Shown piece by piece: positions 19,059-28,531 of a stretch of 64,000 nucleotides of DNA. Numbering within the stretch: position 1 is the first letter of the stretch; each line of letters begins with the position of its first letter. The notes below the pieces were generated by a model. That model ran no database searches. It was not told the DNA's origin and saw nothing but the letters and a program-made list of their open reading frames with translations. Both the position numbers and the translations under genes were made by a program. The DNA comes from Candidatus Eiseniibacteriota bacterium (GTDB taxonomy: Bacteria; Eisenbacteria; RBG-16-71-46; CAVPCR01), in assembly GCA_963823555.1 (NCBI GenBank), contig CAWGMA010000004.1:512001-576000 (forward strand), read 5' to 3'.

Positions 19059-21667
19059 GGCGAAACGCGCGACCAGGGCGGCGGCACGGAACAAGGCGAG
19101 ACGCACCGCCAAGGCGGCGCGCTCGACGGAGACAGGAGCCACGGCCAAGAAGGCGCGCTCGAAGAAGACGGCGAAGAAGGCGGCGACGAAGACGGGAGAG
19201 ACGGCGAGCGAGGGAGACGGCGAAGAGGACGGCCGCCGGAGAGAGCTTCTTCGACCGGCTGGTGGTTCTCGACCGTCTCGTCGTCACCCGCCCTCGTGTG
19301 GAGCGGCGGCGTGCCACCGCCCAGCTCATTGCGATCGGGAAGGACGGGCATGATGGCCGCGGCGAGATGGGGTTTGCCTACGAGGAGGACGTGTTCCAGC
19401 CCGGGGACCCGGCTTCGGAGAACCTCGCCGCTCTGGCCTGCGCCCAGGTCGCGCTCAATTACGGGCTCTTCGCCCGCGAGATCGTCTTCGAGGGCCTGCT
19501 CGATGCCACCGACATCGAGTTCCTGACCGCCGCCGCGCGCAACACGGCGGGCGAGATCTACGTGCACAAGATCGCGGCCGAGAATCCCTTTCTCGATCCG
19601 GGTGTCGCGGCAGAGCCCTTCATCCCCCGGCGGGACTACCTCCAGGCGCGGATCGTCGCCGATATGGCGCGTCCGGTGGCGCAGCCCGCTGGAGAGGCGA
19701 GGCGGCATGCCGTGCTCTCCTCGGGAGGCAAGGAGAGCCTTCTCAGCTACGGCCTCCTGCGTGAGCTGGGCGTGGAGGCCCATCCCATCTTCATCAATGA
19801 ATCGGGGCGGCATTGGTTCACGGCGCTCAATGCCTATCGCTGGTTCCAGGCGCGCGTGCCGGAGACGGCGCGAGTCTGGACCAGTGCCGATCGCATGTTC
19901 AACTTCATGCTGCGTCAGCTCCCGTTCGTGCGTCCCGATTTCGCCCGCATTCGCTCCGACCAGTACCCGATCAGGCTGTGGACGGTCGCGGTCTTCGTGT
20001 TCGCCGCGCTCCCGGTGCTCTTGGCCCGGCGCATCGGCCGCCTGATCATCGGTGACGAGTTCGACACGACTCAGTTCTCGCGCCGGCAGGGTGTGCCGCA
20101 CTATCACGGCCTCTTCGATCAGAGCGTCTTCTTCGATCAGATGCTCAGCCGTTTCTACCGCGACAAGGGACTGGCCATCGAGCAGACCTCGGTGCTTCGC
20201 AACTGCTCCGAGCTGCTCGTCGAGAAGGTGCTTGCCGAACGCTACCCCGAGCTCCTGGCGCTCCAGGTCTCCTGTCATGCCACGCATGTCGAGGGGGATC
20301 GCGTGCTGCCCTGCGGGATCTGCGAGAAGTGCCGGCGCATCGTTGCCATGACCAGAGCGCTCGGCATCAATCCACGCGTCCTCGGCTATGACGACCAGGC
20401 CGTGGCGCGCATTCTCGAGGTGCTGGGGAGCCGCGGACTGAGCCAGGAGGCGCCGGTCATGGAGCACGTGGCCTGGCTCCTGAAGAAGCGGGGCGATCTC
20501 CCCGGATCGATGATCGGGCGCTCGCGTGCCAGGGCGCACCCCGAGGTGCTCAAGCTGCGCGTCGACTCGACGCGCTCGCCGGTCACGGCGATACCCGGGG
20601 ACCTCCGTCACCCCCTGGTGTCGCTCCTGGCTCCGCACGCCGAGGGTGTCGTCCAGCGAGTGGGAAGGAAGTGGCAGGCCGTGTCTCGCGTCGCCGATCT
20701 CGGGCCGGAGGCGAGCGGCGGAGCGCCGGCCCGGCCCGGGACGCGCCAGATCACGCGCGGCAAGTCCCCGGGGGTGCGTGCTCCCGCGCGCCATGCCGGG
20801 CGCGCCGCCCCGGCGGGCAGGATGGCCGCCGCCGGCAAGGTCGTGGGGCGCCAACGCGGTGGGACACCAGAGGTCGATTCCCTGGCCGACATCCTGGTGG
20901 CTCACATGACCTGGGAGGAGGCGCGCGACCGCTTCCGGGCGGCCGAGATCGCTCTCTTGCCCGTCGGATCCACCGAGCAGCACGGGCCCCATCTCAGTCT
21001 GGACATCGACACTTACGACGCCGAGTACCTGTCGATCGCGGCGGCGCGGCGCGTGAGCGCGCCTCGGCCGCTGGTCCTGCCCACGATCGCCTACGGCGTG
21101 GCCTATCACCACATGGATTTCCCGGGCACGCTGGCCATCAGTCCCGATGTCCTGTCCCGGCTCGTGGTCGAGGTCGGAATGTCGGCGGCGCGGCATGGCA
21201 TCTCGAAGCTGGTCATCGTCAATGGTCATGGCGGCAACGTACCGGCCCTGCGCTACGCCGCGCAGATCATCAATCGCGATGCGCGCATCTTCACCTGCGT
21301 CGATTCCGGAGAGACCTCTGATGCCGAAGTCGCCGCACTCATCGAGACGCCGAACGACGTGCACGCCGGGGAGTACGAGACCTCGACCTCGATGGCGACT
21401 CGTCCCCATCTCGTGCGCACCGACCGCATGCGGCGATCGGTGCCCCGCCTCTCGTCCAAGTACCTGGATTTCACCGAGCGCAACTCGGTCGAATGGTACG
21501 CGCGCACGGCGCGCTTCTCGGACTCGGGTGTGCTGGGAGATCCCACCCGGGCCACCCGTGACAAGGGGGAGAAGCTGTGGGCGATCATGATCGATCACCT
21601 GGTGGCGTTCCTCGAGGACCTGAAGGTCCTCCGGCTCGGTGAGCTGAGGAGCCGCCGCAATGAGTGA
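19051..21667 (+). CDS. PP-loop (MurL/QueC-like) domain fused to a creatininase-family amidohydrolase; Lys/Ala-rich N-terminus joined across an apparent frameshift near 19215
   Basis: Main frame (GTG 19262 to 21667) has SSGGKES, SCH and PCGICEKC, then PVGSTEQHGPHL...D, VNGHGGN and HAGEYETS. The ATG at 19051 overlaps the DUF1611 stop but is in another frame. Confidence 0.8.
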
Positions 21668-21690
21668 ACCCCGGAGCTCGTGAGGAGCCG

Positions 21691-22812
21691 ATGCCGATCC
21701 GTCGCCTCGATGTGGCCCGCCTGCGCATGCCGCTCATCCAGCCGTACACGATCGCCTATGAGACGGTGTTCGCGGCCGAGAACATCCTGGTGCGGCTGCA
21801 AGATGAACGCGGGCGTTCGGGGTGGGGTATCGCGGCCCCCGATGAGGCCGTGACCGGCGAATCCCTCGAGACCGCCGCCGAGGCCATCGAGCGGATCATC
21901 CATCCCCATGTGATCGGGGCCGATCCGACGCGGGTCGCCCGCTCCGCCGTCCGCCTCGAGCGCCTGGCTCCGGCCGCGCCGGGGGCGCGGGCCGCGATCG
22001 AGATGGCGATGTGGGATCTGCTGGGCAAGCGGGCCGGGCTCCCCGTGTATCAGCTCCTGGGCGGTTACCGGAGCAGCATCCTGACCTCGATCACGATCGG
22101 CATCTCGGATCTGAAGGACACCGTGAGCGAGTCGCGCGAGCGCGTGAAACAGGGGTTCCGCGCGCTCAAGATCAAGGGCGGGCGCGATCTCGACGAGGAT
22201 GTGGAGCGTCTCATGCGCACCCGCGAGGCCGTGGGCCCCCGGATCCGCCTCCGCTTCGATGCCAACCAGGCCTATGATGCCGATCAGACCCTCGTTCTCA
22301 TCGAGCACACCAAGGCGGCCAACCTGGAGATGATCGAACAGCCGACGCCGCGCGACGCCTTGCGCGAGCTGCGCCGGGTGCAACGCAAGAGCCCGGTCCC
22401 GGTGATGGCTGATGAGTCGTCCCTCAACCTCTTTGACGCTTTCAAGGTGGCGCGCGGTCGGCTTGCCGACCTCGTCAACGTCAAGCTCATGAAGTGCGGC
22501 GGGATCATGTCGGCGATGCAGGCGATCGCCGTCGGCTTCTCCTCGGGGACCGCGGTGATGGTGGGATGCATGGATGAATCCGAACTGGGTATCGCCGCCG
22601 GCCTCGCCGTCGCCCTGGCCCGTCCCGGCGTGACCGCTGCCGATCTCGACGGGCACATCGATCTCCAGAACGACCCCGCGGCGGGCATCCTCAAGCTGAA
22701 GGCGGGAGTGCTGCATCCCTCGCCGGCGCCGGGTCTCGGCATCACGTCGGCGATCGAGGATCGGCTCGAGGATGCCATGGGCCAGCTCCCGCTCGGACTG
22801 GCCGCCCCGTAG
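21691..22812 (+). CDS. Enolase-superfamily dipeptide epimerase (L-Ala-D/L-Glu epimerase / DgcA-like)
   Basis: GAGGAG RBS; KIK, DAN, EQP, DES, KLMKCGG, GCM and DLDG motifs. Confidence 0.9.
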   Translation: MPIRRLDVARLRMPLIQPYTIAYETVFAAENILVRLQDERGRSGWGIAAPDEAVTGESLETAAEAIERIIHPHVIGADPTRVARSAVRLERLAPAAPGARAAIEMAMWDLLGKRAGLPVYQLLGGYRSSILTSITIGISDLKDTVSESRERVKQGFRALKIKGGRDLDEDVERLMRTREAVGPRIRLRFDANQAYDADQTLVLIEHTKAANLEMIEQPTPRDALRELRRVQRKSPVPVMADESSLNLFDAFKVARGRLADLVNVKLMKCGGIMSAMQAIAVGFSSGTAVMVGCMDESELGIAAGLAVALARPGVTAADLDGHIDLQNDPAAGILKLKAGVLHPSPAPGLGITSAIEDRLEDAMGQLPLGLAAP

Positions 22813-22851
22813 TCGCCACCGCCCGGATGCGCGGGCGCGCTATCCCGGACC

Positions 22852-24117
22852 TCAGTCCCGGGTCTCGGCGAGGACCTCGTTGTAGACGGCCTCGATGCGT
22901 TCGACCCTGGCATCCCAGCCGAACGCCCGCGCGGCCGCGGCGAGCGCGGCTCGATCCCAGGTGCGCCCCAGCGCGATCCTGAGTCCCTGGGCGAGCTCCG
23001 CGTCCCCCTGGGGCGGGACCAGGATCCCGGTCACTCCATCCACCACGCACTCGGGGACCCCACCCACTCGGCTGGCCACGACGGGTGTGCCGGCTGCCAT
23101 GGCCTCGGGAATCACGAGCGGCAACCCCTCGCTCGAACTCGGCAGAACAAGGAGATCGGCGGCGGCGAGCCAGAGGGGCATCTCAGCATGCGGGCGTTGC
23201 CCGGCGAAGAGGACCCGAGGGATGAGGCCGAGGTCGCGAACCAGCGCGCGGAGCCGCTCCTCTTCCGGACCGGCCCCGGCAAGGACCAGCGTCACGACGG
23301 GCATCGCGGGTTCCGCAGAAAGCTGCGCCAGGGCGCGAATGAGGCGATCGACCTGCTTCACCGGCAGGAAGTCGCCGGCGAACACGACGAGCGGGGTCGG
23401 TTCGGCGACGACCGGCTTCCCGAGGAGGCTCGCGCTCTCGGCTCGGCACGCGGCCCGATCGCGCGGGGTGAAGCGTGCGGTATCGACGCCGTTGGCGATC
23501 ACCTCGAGCCGCTGTGGCGGCGCCCCGGCGGCCATGAGTCGGTCTCGAATGTCACGGCTCACACAGAGCACGCGGGCGGCGGAGCGGACGGCAGCCAGCG
23601 TCTGGGCGCGGTAGCGGATGCCGTCGGGCCGGTCGAGGCGGGCAACGTCGCTGCCGTGGGCGGTGATGATCGCCGGGCGGCGCAGCGCACGCGCCGCCGC
23701 CACCGTTGCCCCGCCGTGCGGGTAGAGCCAATGACCGTGCAGGAGGTCGGGCCGGCCGCTCCGGTGGGCGGTGGCCAGGATGGCTCGTACCATGAGGAGC
23801 GGGTCCAGCAGCGGCCACAGTCCAGGGAGGTGGAGTTGCCGGGGGCGAAAGATGCGGAGTTCGTGCTCGCCGATCCGCTCGTGTTCCTCGGCCGGGGCTC
23901 TGGGCACCTCGGCGCGCTTCTCCGCATAGTGCTGGAGCGGCGGGTACAGACGATAGGGAGCGACCACCGAAACCTGGTGATGTGCGGCCAGGCGCTCGAC
24001 CTGCGCCCGCACCGCCACCTGCATGCCGCCCCGGGTGAGCGCCGGAGCGGAGAACGTGGGCGTGCAGACGAGGAGGCGAAGCGAATCAGGCTGACCGGAA
24101 TCGCGATCTCGGACCAG
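22852..24117 (-). CDS. Glycosyltransferase family 4
   Basis: HGHW, TAHGSD, NGVD, K, and EGLPLVIPEAMAAG (EX7E). The frame extends upstream of ATG 24024 to a CTG at 24117 that follows GGAGG. Confidence 0.88.
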   Translation of the reverse strand: MVRDRDSGQPDSLRLLVCTPTFSAPALTRGGMQVAVRAQVERLAAHHQVSVVAPYRLYPPLQHYAEKRAEVPRAPAEEHERIGEHELRIFRPRQLHLPGLWPLLDPLLMVRAILATAHRSGRPDLLHGHWLYPHGGATVAAARALRRPAIITAHGSDVARLDRPDGIRYRAQTLAAVRSAARVLCVSRDIRDRLMAAGAPPQRLEVIANGVDTARFTPRDRAACRAESASLLGKPVVAEPTPLVVFAGDFLPVKQVDRLIRALAQLSAEPAMPVVTLVLAGAGPEEERLRALVRDLGLIPRVLFAGQRPHAEMPLWLAAADLLVLPSSSEGLPLVIPEAMAAGTPVVASRVGGVPECVVDGVTGILVPPQGDAELAQGLRIALGRTWDRAALAAAARAFGWDARVERIEAVYNEVLAETRD

Positions 24118-24285
24118 GGCTCATCCTCCGGACGATCATCGTCCGCTCACGGATCGGGCCCGCGTGCTGCGGGGCCGCCACAGAAAACACAGCAAGCCGG
24201 GGCATGGTAGCAGAAGCAGAGCGGGCGGCGCGTGATAGGATGGGCGGGCGCCGCCTCGAGGCGCGAGGGACAAGAGAACGGAGCG

Positions 24286-25290
24286 ATGGCAACGATCCTG
24301 ATCACCGGAGCAAGCGGATTCGCCGGCGGACATCTGGCCTCGGCCCTTGCCGCCATGGAGGGCCCGGGGGGGCGTCCGGTGCTCGTCGGCCTGGGCCAGG
24401 GTCCGCTCGATCCGGCGCTCGAACCGCTCTTCGCTGCCTACCACGACGGGGATGTGACCGATTTCGATTTCTTGCGCCGCGTCATCGGCTCGGCGCGCCC
24501 GGACCGCGTCTATCATCTCGCCGCGATCACGTTTGGTCGCCCCGCCGGCCCCACCGACCAGCGCTTTCTCGATGTCAACGTCCAGGGGACCCGTCTTCTC
24601 TTCGAGGCGCTGCTGGCGGCCGAGATCACGCCCCGGGTTCATATCGCTGGTTCGAGCGCGGTGTATGGCGCGGCAGTGGCGGACCCGATCACCGAGGACA
24701 CCCCGCTCAAACCGCAAACGCCCTACGCGGCGAGCAAGGCGGCGCAGGAGATGATCGCGCTGGCCTATGGCAGGGGAGAGGGGTTTCCGGTCATCGTGAC
24801 CCGTGCCTTCAACCACACCGGTCCCGGCGAGCACCCGCACTTCGCCGCTTCCACCTTTGCGCGCCAGATCGCCGCGGCGGAGGCCGGAACCGGGGATCCT
24901 TGCATCCGTGTCGGCAATCTGGCGGCCTATCGCGACTTCACCGACGTTCGCGATATCGTCCGCGGCTATGTCACGGCGCTCGAGCACGGGGCGGCAGGAG
25001 AGTGCTACAACGTCTGCTCCGGAACGGCGACGCGAATCGAGGATGTTCTCGACATGCTGCGCCGCAAGGCTCGCGTCCCGGTCGAGGTGGCTGTCGACCC
25101 GGATCGCCTCGCGCCGGCCGACGTTCCCTTCCAGCGGGGAAGCCACGCGAAGCTCGCCGATGCGACGGGCTGGCGGCCCACAATCCCGCTCGCCACGACA
25201 CTCGCCGATCTCCTAGACTACTGGCGGCGGCGCTCGGTGGCGAGTCGGCCCGGTCCCGCCTCGCCGGTGAGCGACGCACCCAGGGGGTGA
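24286..25290 (+). CDS. Extended SDR, GDP-4-keto-6-deoxy-D-mannose reductase (Rmd)-like
   Basis: TGASGFAG, YAASK, RAFNHTGP and VGNL...RDFTDVRD. Confidence 0.8.
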   Translation: MATILITGASGFAGGHLASALAAMEGPGGRPVLVGLGQGPLDPALEPLFAAYHDGDVTDFDFLRRVIGSARPDRVYHLAAITFGRPAGPTDQRFLDVNVQGTRLLFEALLAAEITPRVHIAGSSAVYGAAVADPITEDTPLKPQTPYAASKAAQEMIALAYGRGEGFPVIVTRAFNHTGPGEHPHFAASTFARQIAAAEAGTGDPCIRVGNLAAYRDFTDVRDIVRGYVTALEHGAAGECYNVCSGTATRIEDVLDMLRRKARVPVEVAVDPDRLAPADVPFQRGSHAKLADATGWRPTIPLATTLADLLDYWRRRSVASRPGPASPVSDAPRG

Positions 25291-25292
25291 GC

Positions 25293-26285
25293 ATGATGGA
25301 ATGGACAGATCGTCCGGTCTTGGTAACCGGCGCCGGTGGTTTCATCGGCAGCCATCTGGTCGAGGAACTGGTCCGCGCCAAGGCGCGGGTTCGTGCCTTC
25401 GTGCGCTACAACTCGCGCGGCTCGCGCGGGTTCCTCGATGATTTCGCGCCCCAGGTGCTGGAGCGGATCGAGGTCGTGTCCGGCGATCTGCGCGATGCCA
25501 ACGCGGTGGCCAACGCCATGCGGGAGGTGAGCACCGTCTTCCACCTCGGTGCCCTGATCGCCATTCCCTACTCGTATCGCAACCCGCGCGAGGTGGTGGA
25601 GACCAACGTCATCGGCACGCTCAATGTGCTGGCCGCCGCCCGTGATCTCGGCACGGAGCGCATCGTTCACACCTCCACCAGCGAGGTCTACGGCACGGCG
25701 CAGTACGTGCCGATCGACGAGAAGCATCCGCTGGTCGGCCAGTCGCCCTATTCCGCGTCCAAGATCGCGGCGGATCAGGTGGCGGAGAGCTTCCATCGCT
25801 CCTATGGTCTGCCGGTCGTGACCGTGCGCCCGTTCAACACCTATGGGCCGCGGCAATCGGCGCGGGCGGTGATCCCCTCGATCATGATCCAGGCCATCAC
25901 GCAGGACCGGATCTTCCTCGGGGCGACCCACCCGACCCGTGATCTGGTCTTCGTCAAGGACACGGTGCGCGGCTTCATGGCGCTGGCGGCATGTGATGCC
26001 GCCATAGGACAGGTGGTGAACCTGGGGAGCGGACGTGAAGTCTCGGTGCGCGAGCTCGCCGAGCGCATCGTGGCGCTCGTCGGCCGTCCGGTCGAACTGG
26101 TCTTCGATGCCACCCGTCTCCGCCCGGAGCGGAGCGAGGTGGACCGGCTCCTCGCCGACAACCGGCGAGCCAAGGAGCTGAGTGGGTGGGAGCCGGTGGT
26201 GAACCTGGAGGATGGGCTCCGCGCCACCATGGACTGGATCGGCGAGCACGCCGCGCTCTATCGCCCGAGCGAGTACGCTGTCTAG
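25293..26285 (+). CDS. NAD-dependent sugar-nucleotide 4,6-dehydratase, LegB-like
   Basis: TGAGGFIG, HLGALIAIPYSY, TSTSEVYG, YSASK and RPFNTYGPRQSARAVIP. Confidence 0.85.
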   Translation: MMEWTDRPVLVTGAGGFIGSHLVEELVRAKARVRAFVRYNSRGSRGFLDDFAPQVLERIEVVSGDLRDANAVANAMREVSTVFHLGALIAIPYSYRNPREVVETNVIGTLNVLAAARDLGTERIVHTSTSEVYGTAQYVPIDEKHPLVGQSPYSASKIAADQVAESFHRSYGLPVVTVRPFNTYGPRQSARAVIPSIMIQAITQDRIFLGATHPTRDLVFVKDTVRGFMALAACDAAIGQVVNLGSGREVSVRELAERIVALVGRPVELVFDATRLRPERSEVDRLLADNRRAKELSGWEPVVNLEDGLRATMDWIGEHAALYRPSEYAV

Positions 26286-26374
26286 CGCGGCGGCGAAGAC
26301 CCGTGGCCGAGGAAGGAACGAAGGCGAGGCTCGCCGAGGGACAGATCGGCGGCCGGCATGCCGATAGGGTGACC

Positions 26375-27073
26375 ATGCACGCGGTGATCATGGCCGGCGG
26401 GCTGGGGACGCGACTCCGCCCGCTGACCTACGCCATCCCCAAGCCCCTGCTCCCGATCGGCGATCGGCCGATTCTCGAGATCCTGCTCACCCAGCTGGCC
26501 CGCGGGGGGTTCCGCCAGGTCTTCATCTCCACGGGATACAAGGGGGATCTCATCAAATCCTACTTCGGGGATGGACATCGCTTCGGTCTGGTCCTGCGCT
26601 ATGTGGAGGAAAAGGAGCCGCTGGGCACCGCCGGAGCGCTTGGCCTCGTCCGTGACGAGCTCACGCAACCGTTCCTCATGGTGAACGGTGACATCCTCAC
26701 GCGGTTCGACTTCGGCGCCTTCATCGCCCGCCATGCTGAGAGCGGTGCCGAGCTCACGGCGGCTGCGGTGCGTCACGAGATCACGATCCCCTATGGAGTG
26801 ATCAGGAGCAACGGCGAGACCATCGCCGAGGTGGTCGAGAAGCCGACCGAGACCCGGCTCGTGCTGGGCGGCATCTACGCCATGTCCCCGCCGGCCCTCC
26901 GCCACCTGCCGCCGGCTGGTGAGAGAGTGGACGTCCCCGAGCTCATCGGGCGCGCCATCCGGGGTGGTGGGAAGGTCCTCTACCAACCGATCGATGCCTT
27001 CTGGATGGATGTCGCCAAGATGGACGACTTCGAGCGGGCGCGGCAGGAGCTGGCCACCTGGGATGACGTGTAG
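26375..27073 (+). CDS. Sugar-phosphate nucleotidyltransferase
   Basis: AGGLGTRLRPLT..PKPLLP, EPLGTAG, NGD and EKP. Confidence 0.9.
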   Translation: MHAVIMAGGLGTRLRPLTYAIPKPLLPIGDRPILEILLTQLARGGFRQVFISTGYKGDLIKSYFGDGHRFGLVLRYVEEKEPLGTAGALGLVRDELTQPFLMVNGDILTRFDFGAFIARHAESGAELTAAAVRHEITIPYGVIRSNGETIAEVVEKPTETRLVLGGIYAMSPPALRHLPPAGERVDVPELIGRAIRGGGKVLYQPIDAFWMDVAKMDDFERARQELATWDDV

Positions 27074-27107
27074 CCGCCGCTAGCTCGGGCGCCGGCCGGG
27101 GAATTCC

Positions 27108-28304
27108 ATGCACGTCCTGTTTCTCGCCGAGGACTACACACCGCTTGCGAGTGCGCAGGGTGGTGTGCGCGTGAGCCTGGCTCAGCAGGCAGAGGGACTC
27201 GCGCGTGAGATCGAGGTGACGGTGCTCTCACCGCGGCGCCTCTTTCCCCCGCTCGGTCGCTACCGCGCCACGGGCGTGCCGCAGAAGCCACCGTCCGGCG
27301 AGGCTGCAGAGGATCTGGCGGCAAGTCGCGTGCGCATCCTGCGCCCCCGCATCCTCCATGTGCCGATCCTGTGGCCGATCACCGAGCCCTTGCAGCTCCT
27401 CGCTGCCGGCGCCCAGGCGCTCCGCGGCCCGGCGCGCGGGGCCCACATCGTGCACGGTCATCGCGCTTTTCCCATGGGTCTCGTCGCCGTTCTCCTCGGA
27501 CGTCTGTTTCAGCGGCCGAGCGTGGTCACGGTCTACGGCACCGAGGTCAACGTCGAGGCGGACTCCTCGCATCGGGTTCTGCGCCGCTTCGTGCGCGCCG
27601 GCCTCAGGGCCGACCGCTTGATCGCCGTGAGCCGATCCCTCGCCGAGCGCGCGCCGGCCATCGGCGTCCCTGGGTCCCGCATCCGTACGGTGCCGAGCGG
27701 AGTCGATCTCGTGCGGTTCGCTCCGGGAGATCGCGCTCGCGCCCGCCGGGAGCTCGGGCTCCCCGCCGATCGCTTCATCTTTCTCTCGATGAACCTGTTC
27801 GATCCCGTGAAGGGGCACGCGATCCTCATCGCGGCCATGAGCGAGCTCGCTCGGCGCCACCCGGGGCGGGCCTTCCTCGCCATGACCGGGGATGGTCCCG
27901 AGCGACCGCGGATTGCGGCCGAGGCGCGCGCGCTCGGGATCGAGAGCGATGTCCGTTTCGCCGGTCTCCGTCCCTATGGCGAGCTTCCGCTCTGGGTGAG
28001 CGCGGCCGATGCGCTCGTCCTCCCCAGCCTCAATGAGGGCATGCCGCTCACCGTGCTCGAGGGCTTTGCCGCCGGGAAGCCGGTCGTCGGCTCGTCGATC
28101 GGTGGCATTCCCGAGGTGGCGCCCGACGAGCGCTACGGGATCCTCGTGCCCCCAGGCGATCCTCGAGCCCTCGCGGCGGCCCTGGGCGCGGCCATCGACC
28201 GGCCCTGGGATTCGGGCGTCATCCGCGCCCGGGCCCAGTCCTTCGCGTGGCCGGCCGTCATCGAGCGGATCCGCGAGGTCTACTCCGAGCTCCTGCCGGG
28301 CTGA
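27108..28304 (+). CDS. Glycosyltransferase family 4
   Basis: HGH, SGVD, KGH and EGMPLTVLE (EX7E); similar in layout to 22852..24117. Confidence 0.9.
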   Translation: MHVLFLAEDYTPLASAQGGVRVSLAQQAEGLAREIEVTVLSPRRLFPPLGRYRATGVPQKPPSGEAAEDLAASRVRILRPRILHVPILWPITEPLQLLAAGAQALRGPARGAHIVHGHRAFPMGLVAVLLGRLFQRPSVVTVYGTEVNVEADSSHRVLRRFVRAGLRADRLIAVSRSLAERAPAIGVPGSRIRTVPSGVDLVRFAPGDRARARRELGLPADRFIFLSMNLFDPVKGHAILIAAMSELARRHPGRAFLAMTGDGPERPRIAAEARALGIESDVRFAGLRPYGELPLWVSAADALVLPSLNEGMPLTVLEGFAAGKPVVGSSIGGIPEVAPDERYGILVPPGDPRALAAALGAAIDRPWDSGVIRARAQSFAWPAVIERIREVYSELLPG

Positions 28305-28531
28305 GGCCGGATCCGGCCGAGCTGCCGCCCCTGTCCCGGGGTGAGACATTCGTCCGTTCCTTGCCAACTTCATCCAGCGGCCCTGATCCACCATCCTTCG
28401 GGCCGCGCAACTTCCCGCCTCGTCCTGCCGATTGATTCCCTAGTGCGTTTGTGGGCGGCATGGCCGGCGTCCCAGGCATCGGCCCTGTCCCCGCGGGTTC
28501 ATTCCAGTCCATCGAATGAGGTAGAGAGACC

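Noticed and set aside
18686..21598. 970-aa minus-strand ORF
   Set aside because: Antisense shadow of the fusion enzyme with no motifs; typical of high-GC codon bias.
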